A DNA stretch of 64,000 bases from Rhina ancylostomus (taxonomy: Eukaryota). The notes under the pieces were generated by a model, which saw only the letters and a list, made by a program, of their open reading frames with translations, did not search any database and was not told the DNA's origin. Within the stretch, counting starts at the first letter, position 1, and each line of letters begins with the position of its first letter. Positions 12,955 through 23,416 of this stretch are shown here, in pieces. The translations under genes and the position numbers were made by a program. Location of the stretch: assembly GCA_030265395.1 (NCBI GenBank), contig JARFYF010000084.1, forward strand, positions 87,648,337 through 87,712,336, read 5' to 3'.

Positions 12955-13410
12955 TTTGGGAAACTCTGCTATACCTCTCCTGGGCAGCCTCTCTTGACCT
13001 TCCATAAATCTTAGGCCACCAAAATTCTGTCCATATCCTGACTAGCTAATCCCATTCACCCATTGCCCCATTATTCACTGACCTACATTGGCTCCTGGCC
13101 TCATAAGATTTTGCTTTGTTTCTCAAATTCTTCATCTCTATTTTCATCTCTTTGTGACCTTGCCCTCTACAATTTGGCATTTGATGCATCCTTGATTTTG
13201 TTTTCATCGTTTCTCCATTGGTGGCCTTGCCTTTCTGACTGTCCAGCACCTGTCTGGATTGCTTGCCTTAACTCACTCTCCCTTTAGATGGCCATTAAAA
13301 CTTACCAAGCTTTTGGTCATTTGTCTTAAGGTTGTGTTGGCATGATGTCATATTTTATGGTCCTCTGAAGGTGCTTGATGTTTTCAAAACAAAAGTAAAC
13401 ACAAGTTATA
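12955..13410 (+). mobile_element. L2 LINE 3' fragment
   Basis: CCCATTGCCCCATTATTCACTGACCTACATTGGCTCCTG translates to PIAPLFTDLHWLL (L2 HITPVLxxLHWLP motif). Downstream ATTGGTGGCCTTGCCTT corresponds to GGRAF. Confidence 0.65.
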
Positions 13411-14734
13411 AGTCTATTTAAAAAAAAATTCCTTTGGTTCCTGGGGCTGTGGTCAAGAGAACTCTCAATTACTGCAGTTTTTAACATGCCTATTCCCAAT
13501 TTAGTTTTAGCAATCTTATCAGCCAGTTCAGTTACACTGGGCATGACTCCAAAGAGCTGTTATCTTCCAGAAGTGTTGACTTGACAGGAACACATGGGCT
13601 CGCATTTTATTCTTAGATTGGCACCATCAGTTGCTATAGGAGATGCATAAAAAGTCAGTATCCCTCAGAGCTCTCTAGAATGTGGCTGTCTTGTTCCATC
13701 AGGCACAGCTAAATGGGGAGACAGTTGTCATCTCTAAATGGAACCTATAGGGTCAATGGACTTCAAACACTTTGGAAACTTCTGACCTGGAATAGAGTTC
13801 TGAAGCGCATGTACGAGAAGTTCTTTATTTCTGGTTATAAAAGGCAATTGTTGATTAGGAGTGGCATTAAATCTTCCTTCTTGCCCTTTCCCTCCCCACC
13901 CACAGATTTCAAATACTTCCTCTTCCTTACCTAAAGATCCTGTGGCTGTGTTTGTAATTCCACAGCTACAAGCTGCATTCCAGCCTTAATCAAAATCTCC
14001 ATTAATGATGCAGAGTGTGTTTGTAATGTGGTCCACCCTGGGAGATCCACATTCTGTACTTTTGAAAGAAGTTGCTGGATACAAATCAAGAGAGGATCTC
14101 TTAACTATTTTCCTCACCCCCTGCCCCCATCAGCTACCTCCCCTCTTTGTTTTTATATTGATTTCATTCCAATGTAACAGTGACACTTCTGTGGGTGACT
14201 ATCATTATAATCTGATTTTTCTTGGGACAATGGATGAAATGGTGGAGCAATGAACCTAAAATTATAGATCACAAAATCTGGAATGCCATGTAATAAAAGG
14301 GGATTTTAAAACTTTCAGGCATTCTTACATTGCAAATTGGAACAACGCAAACAGGGAATCAACCCATCAAGTCTGCAACAACCAACTAATTTATTTCCTG
14401 TTTCCTGTTTGCTTTCAATTCCTGTTATTATTTCAAGGAATGACTAAATTCAGACTCTGGTTCAAAAAAAGTTGTGGTTCAGAATTTCACAAGCTAATTA
14501 CTCTTGAAAGAATGTATCAAAAATTGGAGATAGGAAAACAGCTTATAAACAACTATCCTTTGGACACTATCAAGTTTAAAGACCAGTGCTACCTTCTCAT
14601 GGATAACTAGGTATAGGTACTGTTAACATTATCACTTGCATTCCAAGAATGCATGTGCCCATGAGATGTATTTAAACTGGTGATGATGGTGAAGCACCCC
14701 TGCTTGACAAAGAAAACACAAAATTATTAATGCA

Positions 14735-15140
14735 ACACACAAGAAGTGCTGGAGGAACTCAGTGGGTCAGGCAGCACCCATGGAGGGAAATAACCAGTCA
14801 ACATTTTGGGCCGAGACCCTTNNNNNNNNNNNNNNNNNNNNNNNNNNNNNNNNNNNNNNNNNNNNNNNNNNNNNNNNNNNNNNNNNNNNNNNNNNNNNNN
14901 NNNNNNNNNNNNNNNNNNNNNCTGAGACCCTTCATCAGGACTGGAAAGGAAGAGGGCAGAAGCCGGAATAAGAAGGTAGAGAGAGGGGGAGGAGCACACG
15001 CAGGCAGGGGATTGGTGAGTTCAGGTGACAGGTGAGTCCAGGTGAGAGGGGGAAGGTAGATGGGTGGGGGAGGGGGAGAAGATGTAATAAGCTGAGAGGT
15101 GATTGATAGAAGAGGCAAAGAGCTGAAGAAGAGGGAATCC
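14735..15140 (-). mobile_element. Penelope-like element 3'/pLTR fragment with decayed hammerhead motif
   Basis: TGCTGGAGGAACTCAGTGGGTCAGGCAGCA..GAGACCCTTCATCAGGACTGGAAAGGAAGAGGG followed by a G-rich tract. The minus strand carries CTGATGA-stem-(G>A)AAA. Contains a 100-N gap. Confidence 0.72.
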
Positions 15141-15169
15141 CCCCTCACCTGGACTCCTACCGGATTCCT

Positions 15170-15233
15170 GGATAGCATGGACTAGATGGGCTGAAGGGCT
15201 GTTTCTGTGCTGTAGTAATCTGTGACTCTATGA
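15170..15233 (+). mobile_element. CR1/HE1-type 3' tail remnant
   Basis: GCATGGACTAGATGGGCTGAAGGGCTGTTTCTGTGCTGTAG..TGACTCTATGA matches the tails at 11430-11480 and 40315-40366. Confidence 0.6.
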
Positions 15234-16074
15234 CTTGATAATTTTGAACACCTTTCTATCACAAGTACAAACTATTTCTTTGTAATGGAAAATTGCTGAC
15301 CTAGTTTGAATTCAAAGATTTCGTTTGCCTATACAGTATAACTGAAGGAGTCTGTTCAGTTCAGAGTCCAAGCAATGAAATCAGGGAATTCATTGACCGA
15401 GCAATCAGACTTGTGCCTGCAAGTGGGTGCTGGAATTCACATTTTGGTCAGTGATGGATGTTTGACAACATAATCCATCAGCTCTTTTGCATTCATATCC
15501 AAGCCTGGTCTTGAAAATTCCAGAACCCACTAAGCCACTGTTTGAATTATTGTAACTACAAGTTTCAAACCAGTCCTTACAATATCAACTTTGGAAAGCC
15601 ACTTAGAAGATTCATTCCTTTTTATGTGGAAAAGGAAAAATAATCCTGTCAGTCAGTTGAAGAACTGTTGCAATCTGATGCATTGTCAGCACCTAGTTTA
15701 GAAATAATACTAATGTTTTTGATGGGCACTTTGGTTCTTGAGAGTTCTGAGGTACTCATGTACTTCACTAAGAGTCATTCCTATTTCTCTGCATCCTGTC
15801 AAAATGTGGCTATTGTAATTTTATGATCAAAGTTTCATTGTCACAAAGCATTTTAGTTAAGCTGGGTCAGGGACAGAAGGGAAGAGGTGTCTCTCGTTTG
15901 TAGGAAAATGTAATATGAAAGATTTTGGATACAATAATTCTTCAAACTGGCAGAGGCAAACTAGCTGTTGATTTGGAATAGATTTGGTTGCTGTGAATTG
16001 CTTTGTGTTTTCTTTTGAGGGTTAAAAATAGATACAAATCTTTGAACAGATCTTGCAGATGAATGTTAAATCAT

Positions 16075-17712
16075 GTGGCCATGGAAAGTAGACTACGCTG
16101 ACCATCACGTCTCTCGGTACTAATCCCAGTTGCCTGCATTAATTTCATATCCCTACATGTCCTGTCCAGATGCCTCTTAAATGTTGTAACTGTTCTTGCC
16201 TCCACCACCACCTCTGGCTGCTCATCCCAGATACCAACTACTCTTTGTGTGAAAAATTTATGGCACGTATCCCCTTTAAATCTCCTCCTTCTCACCTTAA
16301 ACCTAAACCTTCTATTTTTAGATATCCCTACCATTGGAAACAGACCCTGGCTATCTATTTTACCTGTGCCTCTCATAATTTTATATCCTTCTGTCATGTC
16401 ACCTTTCAGCCTCCATTAGTTCAGGGAAAACAGACCTAACCTATCGAGTCTGTCCTGATAACTCAAGCCCTCCAATCCAGGAAACATCCCTGTGAATCTT
16501 TTATGCACCCTCTCTAGCTTAGTCATGTCATTCCTTTGGTGTGGTGACCAGAATTGCACACAACATTCCAAGCGTACCTAACCAGCATTTTGTACAACTG
16601 TAACGTGACATCCCAACACTTATGCTTGTCTCCATCAGCTGAGGAAGTATGTCATGTGCCTTCCTCATCACCCAGTCCACCTCTGATGGCACATTCATCA
16701 AACTATGTACTTGCACCCCGAGGTCTTTCTGTTCAACAACACTTTGAGGGCCCTACCATTCACTGTGTAAGTCTTTGCCCTGGTTTATCATCCCAAAATG
16801 CATCCCTTCACACTTGTCTAAGTTAAATTCCATCTGCCATTCCCTTGTCCACTTTCCCTGTTGATCTATATCCTGTTGTAATCTTAGACCACTTTCTTCT
16901 CTCTCCACTGTTTTTGGTGACATATCCAAACTTACTTATCATGTCACCTGCATTCTCTTCCATATCATTAATATGATGAACAGCTAAGGACCCAGCATCA
17001 ATCCCTGCAGCACACCACCGGTCACAAGCATTCAATCTGATAAACAACTGTTCACTACCACTCTGTGCCCCCTATCACCAACTAATTTTGTATCCAGTTT
17101 GCTAACTCACTCTGGATCTCACGTGTTCTAACATTCCAGACCAGCCTTCCACGTGGGACCTTTCCAAAGCCTTGCTCAAGTCCATGTAGATAACACCTAC
17201 CACCCTGCCTTCATCAATCCTCTTGGTCACCTTTTCAAAAAAAACCTCAATCAAATTTGTGAGACACGATTTCCAATGCACAAAGCCATGCTGACTAACC
17301 CCAACTATTCCTTGCCTTTCCAAATTCAAATAAATCCTGTCCCTGAGGAACCCTTTACAAAAACTTTCCTACCACTTATGTAAGACTGACCGGCCTGTAG
17401 TTCCCTGGCTTATCCCTGCTGCCTTCTTAAATAAATGCATGACATTAGCTATCTTTCAGTCTTCTGGTACCTCACCTGTGGCAATGAAGATACATAAACC
17501 TCTGCCAAGGTCCCTGCGATCTCCTCTATTGTTTCCCTTAATGTCCTAGAATGCACCTGGTCTGCTCAGGGGATTTGTCTATCTTTGTTTCAAGAGCTCC
17601 AACACCACCTCCTTTGTAATATTGATATGCTTCAGAATATCACTGCTCCCTGCCCTGAACTCACTAGCTTCCATGTCCTTCTCTACGATAAACACAGACA
17701 AGAAATATTTTT
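16075..17712 (-). mobile_element. CR1 (HER1-like) LINE, ~1.6 kb 5'-truncated, frameshifted RT pseudo-ORF2
   Basis: Collinear minus-strand motifs: NYRPVSLT, SQHGFVHWKSCLTNLIEVFFEKVTKRIDEGRVVGVIYMDLSKA, VxQGxMLGP, INDMEENAGDMISKF, FFTQRVVGIWDEQPEVVVEA, then the 3' UTR. Multiple frameshifts. Confidence 0.95.
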
Positions 17713-18351
17713 CTTGAAACTTGTATCACTGTACATGACCATTCAAAGTCGGTGCAATTGAGCTGGAAGTGAAATGACTTCTTGGTTGCCCCCAGAGCCC
17801 ATTGTGTTTATTTCCCCTAATATTTAACCAGCAGACTTGATTTACATTGCTAAAAGAGTTGCATTCCTGGGGAGCTTTGATGGATGAAGAGGGTGGATTT
17901 ATTGGCTGGCGCTGCAGTTCCCTGGCACTAATGGAAACTCATTGTTCTGAGGTGCCTTCTGTGACCTTGAATGAGGGCCTTCAGGTGATTTTAAATACAC
18001 ACTGCACAGTTTGAGTAACATGGTATATGGAAACTTAAAATGGATTATTTTTTTAAAAAGCTGCTTAATGTCTAAGAACAAGGGAGTGAGTGTGAAACAC
18101 AGCTAGGTGGAACAGGAAGACTTCAAGTTTGATGGCTATCTTGTGCTCTGTGTTCAAATTTTGTCATGGGAGCTGATATTAATGGCTGTGGACTATTGAG
18201 GGGAAAACCCTTCCCAGGGTGGCTGGTACCTGTTGCTGGGCAGTGTGTGTGCTTTTTTTGTAAGGACAGATCTCTGCTCAGCTGGGAAGCATTATAGAAC
18301 AGTTATCCTGTGATCGGTGTGAGCAGTTTGAAAGTTATGCCAGGAATTGAA

Positions 18352-18620
18352 GTGGGTACAGTAGCGTAGTGATAAAGTTACTGGATTAGTAATCAGAGTT
18401 CTGGGTCATTGGCCTGGAGACATCATTTCAAAGCCCACATGGCAAATGAGGAGGAGCTTTAAATTTGTGTAATTTAAATAAACTTGGAAGGAAAAAGAAA
18501 CTGATTGTCATTAAAATCTATTTGGTTCACCAGTGTTCTTCAGGGAAGGCAATCTGTTGCCCTTCTGATCTGGCCTGTATGTGACTCCAGACCCACCATT
18601 GTCACTGTCACTGACACTAA
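18352..18620 (+). mobile_element. tRNA-derived SINE (family unassigned)
   Basis: A-box-like GTAGCGTAGTGATAAAG head. The body (TGGTTCACCAGTGTTCTTCAGGGAAGGCAATCTG..GTGACTCCAGACCCAC) recurs at ~57955-58120 (+) and ~49620-49879 (-). Confidence 0.55.
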
Positions 18621-20317
18621 ACTTCCTCCACACTCATTGTGCACAAGTAAATAAAGTGTGATTGAGAAACGAGTGCAAGTTGTCAGAGTACAGTTAATCG
18701 GTGATGACAGGAGCAATTGGGGTTGAAGCAGTAAACACTGACTTGGTCAACAATGTCCATATCCTGTGAATGATTTTTTTTTAAAGGCTGAAAAACAGAT
18801 GGTAATACTTTGGACTTTTAATAGCAAAATTTTAATAATAAAAACCTTCCTTGGGAGCATGACTTTTTTAAGTGGTTGCAATGTGCAATATCCTAATACA
18901 GATGCAAAAAATATATGTGCTAGTTCTGTAAGTGTTTTGGCTCTCATCTGGTGATGCAGTTCTCTGCCATGAATTGAAGCTCATTGTCAATGGCAGTTTT
19001 TAAAAAATTTCCTGCGGTCAGTGATGGTTTAGGATAGACTTCGTGATTCAGTTCCATATTCCATCTTTTATAATTTGCAAGCACCTTTCTACTCCATTCA
19101 CTTTGGAAACCTGGGTTGGATCCAATGCCACTTGTAATTGATTGTCACTGCATGGCTTGGGTAAGGCAGAAAGAGCAGTTGCAATCTTAATTTCTTGACC
19201 CTGGGCCACCAATTCCCAGCTTACATAGGTGTTTTAACAACAACTGCATTCAGGCCTGCCAGTTTTTATTCCCTATTTCAATTTAAACGAAAACCCTTGA
19301 CTATTAGGCAGCCAGTGTGAGAGGTTTTGTTTCTCACAGTCAAACTCCATGAAAGCTGTGCTGCATGTCAGCAGTGCCTCCTCAACTGTGGTGGGACAAC
19401 TCCACTGCTTACACATTGACCAATTAAAGCAGACGGAGAGAGAAAGGACTGGTCCCATTAATTCTGAGAAGCTTTGAATTACATTTACTGGTAGCTCAAC
19501 ATGGTTATTCATATATAAAATGTAGCAATTTTCAAGAGTTCTTGCATCTGAGCTATGAGAAGTTAGGCCTGTGGCATTTCCACCCATTTGCTCTCTGTAC
19601 ATAATTTAAACTATTTTTGTCCATTCGTGCTTAAAATATTTTTTTGTATTTTTGGGGTGGGTGTACATAGTTAAAATGATATTGTTTTAGATAACTTTCT
19701 GACCCACCTACAAAATTCTAGGAATGTACAACAGTGAGATTTTGAGAATGCAATTTAGATTTGAGGATACAAAGGCAATGTAACTAAACATGACGTACCT
19801 GCCACATAATCCTTTAATACTTCTCAAGTAGCTAATAAGTCTGTTAATCAGTATAAATGTCAAAACTTGTTAATGCAGTGGTTAACAATTGTGAGGAACA
19901 AATGTATGTAAACATGCAAATGAAAATCCGAAAGAAGCCACATCCAGGAGATCTCAATGGAACCAATAAAGATTGAGAATATATTGTCTGTTCCAAGACA
20001 CATCTGCAATTGCTGTAACTGGGAAATGCAACCAGAGCTTTTGTGGGGGAGTATGGTCCACAATCACATCAAGGTAACGAGAAGCCATTTGAGCTGAACA
20101 CTATGACAATGATTTGGAAGATTGCCAAAGACCCAAAACGGTTGCTTGAGATGAGTGTTAAAATAATATTACAAGATGGAAGTAGAGGACTTTGAATGTA
20201 ATTATTTTGAATGAGCAGCATGCTTACAACTTGCAGTCTTACACTCAAATGCTCAAAGGAATCCTACTTTCTCAATCTTATTATCCCAATCACCTTCACT
20301 GTCTCCTAAATCATGAG

Positions 20318-20410
20318 CAACATACAAAATGCTGGAGGAACTCAGTGGGTCAGGCAGCATCTATTAAGGGAAATGGGCAGTCAATGTTTTGGGTCAAGAC
20401 TCTTCATTAT
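20318..20410 (-). mobile_element. Penelope-like element terminal fragment
   Basis: ACAAAATGCTGGAGGAACTCAGTGGGTCAGGCAGCATC..CAGTCAATGTTTTGGGTCAAGACTCTTCAT is near-identical in layout to 14740-14820. Confidence 0.68.
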
Positions 20411-20554
20411 TTTAGATTCTCCCTAAAGATAAATAAACTGAGGCAATATACCTTTTACAGATGGACAGAACTATATCCACAGTACTTGTCATTCTGTGCT
20501 CTTCCTTCATTGTCTGTGATCCAAACCGGAATTTTCTTTAAATATTCCTGGAAG

Positions 20555-21110
20555 GAAGCTATTTGACCCCTTTGAGTCTGTATTGGTGCCTTGTAAAAGT
20601 AATCTATCTAGTCCTGCGCTCTGCAAATTTTTCCTTTTCAGATGCTCATCCAGTTTCCTTTGGCAAATTCAGTTGAACCTGCCTCCATTACTATGCTTGA
20701 CCAAGAATTCCAAACCCTTTTTTCTAAAAGAAAGATTTCCTTCTCTTACTTTTACCATTCATTCTTTGTCCCCTAATTCTTGACCTTTTGTCAGTTCCAA
20801 GTGTTTCAACTCAGCTTCTCCTACTCTATCTATTACTAAGTTCCTCAGCTGTGGAATTCATTTCAGTAAATCTCTTCTGCGTACTCACTGAAGCCTCTTG
20901 CGTCTTAAGTGTGGTGCTCAGAACAGGACACAATACTTGAATTGCAGCTAAACTAGTGCTTTTATATAGATTTGTCAAAATTTCTTTGTTCTTGTATTGT
21001 CTTCTATTTATAAAGCCCGGGGATCTTCACTTTTAACAACATTTTGCCTTGGTGCTTTGAATGACTTGTGTATTACAGTGTTTTTTACCCCATATCTGTG
21101 TCCTTGCACC
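20555..21110 (-). mobile_element. CR1 LINE 3' fragment, old
   Basis: Antisense of the LYKALV..LEYCVxFWAPH region (AAGTGTGGTGCTCAGAACAGGACACAATAC..ACTAGTGCTTTTATATAG), with a CR1 tail at ~20555-20590. Confidence 0.7.
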
Positions 21111-21164
21111 CAGCCAAATCAAAATGAGAGTATGACAATACAAACAGTCCACCTGCCCCATTGA

Positions 21165-21283
21165 GCTCTGTTTACCACACCTGTGATGAAATCTGTGAAT
21201 CCTACATGGGACTCATCTGCCACCTTAGAAGCCCACATAACTGGAGTGAAGGCAGTCATCCTCGAGGGATTGCCTAAGAGAAG
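21165..21283 (+). mobile_element. RTE-clade LINE 3' end
   Basis: Reads HTCDEICESYMGLICHLRSPH (RTE CxxC..SRIGLxSHLRTH terminus), then the tail GGAGTGAAGGCAGTCATCCTCGAGGGATTGCCTAAGAG. Confidence 0.55.
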
Positions 21284-22084
21284 TTAAAGCAAGTAAAAAG
21301 GAAAAAAAGTAATTGTGGAGAGGGTTGTAATTGGGCACCAATGTGTGATTCTCCATAGCTGAATGGGCTGCTACCTTCTTATATTGATACAAAAAGTAAC
21401 ATGGCCGGGGTCAGTGGAAATGTACCTCTAGTCAGTGTTGTCAGGCAGAATGAAAAATCAGGGGCAAGAACTGATGAATGAATTACACAACTGAAATGAG
21501 CAAAGTACTCTTGTTTTTTAATTTACTTTTGCACACCATGTGGTTAAGAACAACTCCAGTAGTTCAAGGCTTCTGAGTCACAAGGTTCAAGTCAGGCCTG
21601 ATAAAACTGACAATGCTGCTTCAGATCTTTCTGGCAGCTTTCTGTGGGAAAGTCTGTGCGTGTGGTAATATGATAGCAACCAACTCATTGACTGCAGATA
21701 GTTGTCAGTGTAAGCTCCTCTGAAGGTGGCAAGTCTGACTGAGTGAGATCTCTACTGAGTCTGCAGCATAAACTCTTACATACAAAGAGGATGTCAGCTG
21801 TGGACCAACTGAGCTATCCAGCACTGGTAGCTATTCCAAGCTTCGCAACTGAGTGTACACTTTTAAATCTGCATCAGCCTCTATTTTCACCACACCCTGA
21901 CCTTACTATGGTTAAGAATGTGCAAGTGAAATGTGATGCTGTTGCCACGCATCCAACACCTTTCCCATGTTGGTGTATATTAAGGAATCCAAGTGCCCTG
22001 CAGGGGAGAGGAAGCAGATTTGACTAGGTTGGTTACATTAGGCATCTTGAACGCAATTGCAAGCCCAGATTAATTAGCTGTTGC

Positions 22085-22400
22085 TGCGTAGGTTTGGGGT
22101 GGGGAACTTCCATAAAAAGCAATGTGATAATAAGCTGATAATCAATTTTTAGTGACATTAAGATATAAATAGGTTAGGGCACCAATAATAAATCTCTGCT
22201 TTGAAATAGTGCCATGGTGTTCTTTTTTATATATATTTTAAAAACAGCACCTACTGAGTGGAGATGGGGCATCTGTTTAAACACATCAGTGGTTGACATC
22301 TCCAACGGCACAACAGTCTCTCAGTAGCGCACCGGGTTACTAGCCTATGCTTTTGAACATGAACAACTCAAGCAAGACTCAAACCAAGATTCTTCTGATC
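22085..22400 (-). mobile_element. DeuSINE (SacSINE1-like) fragment
   Basis: Reverse complement contains CCATGGCACTATTTCAAAGCAG and TCACTAAAAATTGATTATCAGCTTATTATCACATTGCT, the Deu core seen at 23160-23280. Confidence 0.58.
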
Positions 22401-22873
22401 CAATAAGAAATTATAAAGAAACTCCATCCTTGGGCCCTGATGTTGGCAAAGAGAAAGGCTGTTACCAATTAAAGAACCTGATGATGAGATGTGTAGAGGG
22501 AGTAGTGAGATAGTTTTCTGACTCTAGAAATTTTCCAGTGACGTTGAGATGGGAGCTGCCAGCAGCATGGGAGTTTTTGTATCATAATGACATTCCTTGT
22601 GGATACAGGGGTGCTTTATTTGCAGCCCACCACACTTCTCTCACCTTCCTTTCCAAATTGCAACTCTCCCTGCAGCCCACTCTTTCAAGGTTGCCTTAGC
22701 TCTCCCAAGCCTCAATCACAAATGTTCCCTTTTGATCTGATGAGGGGTCTGTCCTTCCACTTGCCAATGGTGGACATATGCTGTGGCCTACTGGTCACTA
22801 TGGACTCTGCAGCCCATTTGACAGTCAGGCATGAAACATAACTTTGATGTTTGTGAGTCCTGTCACTAAGTCC

Positions 22874-22984
22874 TGTAGGACCTCTATATCCTTCTTGTCA
22901 GTGGTTGGTATTGGCCTTTGTGTATTTTTGGCCTTTATTGTAGGACCTCTGTGTCCTTCTTGTCAGTGGTTGGTATTGGCCTTT
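22874..22984. repeat. 46-bp direct duplication (two copies, period 65)
   Basis: TGTAGGACCTCTRTRTCCTTCTTGTCAGTGGTTGGTATTGGCCTTT at 22874-22919 and 22939-22984, with 2 mismatches. Confidence 0.92.
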
Positions 22985-23034
22985 CCTGTGTGTGCATCAT
23001 CAATATCAGGGTTTAAAGATGTGTTTTCACTACT

Positions 23035-23416
23035 ATTACTCATCTGATCAGAAGGTTCTGGGTTTGGGTCTCACTCTAAGGGCAGATATCTAGGCTGTTA
23101 ATCCTGTTGGAGATGTTAATGTTGCTCTCCTTGCAGTGGAATGATTTTTAAAATTTGGAAACACTGCCATAATTTGAAAAGTGAGCAGGAGAGTCGCTAT
23201 TGGATGCCATGACCTATATCTATCCTCAACCAACATCACTGGAAATTGATTATTAGATCATTATCACATTGCTGCTGTTTGTGGAAGTTTACTATATATG
23301 GATTGGTTGTCATATTATAGCAGTGACTACACTTTCAAAAGTACTTTTGTGGCTACAGAGTGCCTTGAAGTATCCTAAAGGGGATACAAAAGGCGCTACA
23401 TAAAAGCAACTTTCTC
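23035..23416 (+). mobile_element. DeuSINE (SacSINE1-like), near full length
   Basis: tRNA-like head (TCAGAAGGTTCTGGGTTT), Deu core (TATCCTCAACCAACATCACT..ATCATTATCACATTGCTG) and L2-like tail (CAGTGACTACACTTTCAAAAGTACTT..AAAGGCGCTACATAAAAGCAA). Confidence 0.75.

Noticed and set aside
22874-22984. CRISPR-like repeat-spacer
   Set aside because: Only two units, the spacer derives from the repeat, there are no cas genes, and the context is vertebrate.
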